From a candidate division WS6 bacterium GW2011_GWE2_33_157 (GTDB lineage: Bacteria; Patescibacteriota; Dojkabacteria; SC72): a stretch of DNA of 36,385 bases. This document shows positions 35,502-36,385 of the stretch, piece by piece (the first letter of the stretch is position 1; every line of letters begins with the position of its first letter). The stretch is taken from NCBI GenBank assembly GCA_000989675.1, contig LBOT01000002.1, positions 1-36,385 of the forward strand. Direction: 5' to 3'. Position numbers and translations under genes: made by a program. Below the pieces are notes generated by a model, which made no database searches, was not told where the DNA came from, and was given only the letters and a program-made list of their open reading frames with translations.

Positions 35502-36385
35502 GTGAACACATCTAAATACGATGTAATAATAGGTTTAGAAATACACATACAAAGCAAAACAGAAAGTAAGATGTTTTGTAGTTGTTCAACAAACTACTTT
35601 TCAAAAGAGCCAAATATAAATGTATGCCCTGTATGTTTAGGATTACCAGGAGCATTACCAGTACCAAATAAAAGAGCAATAGAGCTATGTATACTACTTG
35701 GATTAGCAACAAATTGTGATATAGACAATGAGATACACTTTGATAGAAAACATTACTTCTACCCAGATCTTCCAAAGGGATATCAGATAAGTCAGTATAA
35801 GAAACCAATATGCTCAGATGGATATGTAGATATTAAAGATGAAAACAATGAAACATACCGTATTGAAATTGAAAGAATACATCAAGAGGAAGATGTAGCA
35901 AAATCTACACACCACATTGAACAATCTACAGGTATGGAATACTCACTAATTGATTACAACAAATCTGGTATACCATTAATTGAAATTGTCACTAAACCAA
36001 ACATAACAAGTGCATATCAAGCAAGGGAGTACGCAAACAAGATAAGACAGATTGTACGATATCTTGGTATATCTGACGCTGATATGGAAAAAGGACAGAT
36101 GAGGTGTGAACCAAATATATCACTTCAGGAGAAAGGTAAATGGGAATACAAAGATGGAAAGATATTGGCTATAGGAGAGTATCAATTAAATCCTAAATCT
36201 GAAGTAAAAAATATTGGCTCTATCTCTGCAGTAGAGAAATCAATACTGTATGAAATAGAAAGAATAGAGAAAGAATTAGAAGAAGGCAAAAAGATAATAC
36301 AACAAACAAGAGGTTGGAATGCAGATAAAGGTATTACAGAGTTCCAAAGATCAAAAGAAACTGCAGATGATTACAGATATATGCC
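35502..36385 (+). CDS. gatB: Asp-tRNA(Asn)/Glu-tRNA(Gln) amidotransferase subunit B (3' truncated; absent from the ORF track)
   Basis: GTG start, YDVIIGLEIHIQ, CPVCLGLPGALPVPN, FDRKHYFYPDLPKGYQISQ, MEKGQMRCEPNIS, EVKNI and RSKETADDYRY. Confidence 0.96.
   Translation, partial: MNTSKYDVIIGLEIHIQSKTESKMFCSCSTNYFSKEPNINVCPVCLGLPGALPVPNKRAIELCILLGLATNCDIDNEIHFDRKHYFYPDLPKGYQISQYKKPICSDGYVDIKDENNETYRIEIERIHQEEDVAKSTHHIEQSTGMEYSLIDYNKSGIPLIEIVTKPNITSAYQAREYANKIRQIVRYLGISDADMEKGQMRCEPNISLQEKGKWEYKDGKILAIGEYQLNPKSEVKNIGSISAVEKSILYEIERIEKELEEGKKIIQQTRGWNADKGITEFQRSKETADDYRYM

Noticed and set aside
35512-35808. 98-aa minus-strand ORF
   Set aside because: Shadow of gatB, which the track missed because it has no stop within the window.
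1-36385. Alternative genetic code (UGA=Gly) or CRISPR array
   Set aside because: Conserved genes are full-length in the standard code, TGA ends several genes at plausible positions, and no regularly spaced repeats or cas genes were seen.

Overview
AT-rich, tightly packed bacterial chromosome segment in the standard genetic code. Gene content and layout suggest a CPR/Patescibacteria-type genome (inference). Housekeeping genes: uvrB (partial), uvrC, dnaE, nadK, rplS, gpmI, a HelD-like helicase, gatA, gatB (partial), rnhB and five tRNAs (Gln-UUG, Gly-UCC, Lys-UUU, Gly-CCC, Thr-CGU). There are many membrane or surface protein genes, including a TasA/SipW pair and an Lgt-PAP2 fusion. A roughly 6.5 kb accessory island abuts the 3' end of tRNA-Lys. 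It carries an unannotated 59-aa ORF plus a ClpP-fold SDH protease, an orphan TM protein, a Sau3AI-like R-M pair, a terminase-small-subunit-like gene, and a large serine recombinase that reads into the tRNA. Most striking unannotated signal: a self-contained locus at about 18076-18390 with a consensus promoter, a sequestered strong SD, a 36-aa hydrophobic peptide and 5'-3' long-range pairing, resembling a type I toxin mRNA. Also notable are a coupled cupin / transglutaminase-like (Cys->Ser) / TM-HEPN / surface-protein operon, several apparent pseudoenzymes, and frequent leaderless-type gene starts. All family assignments come from motif recognition, not database searches.
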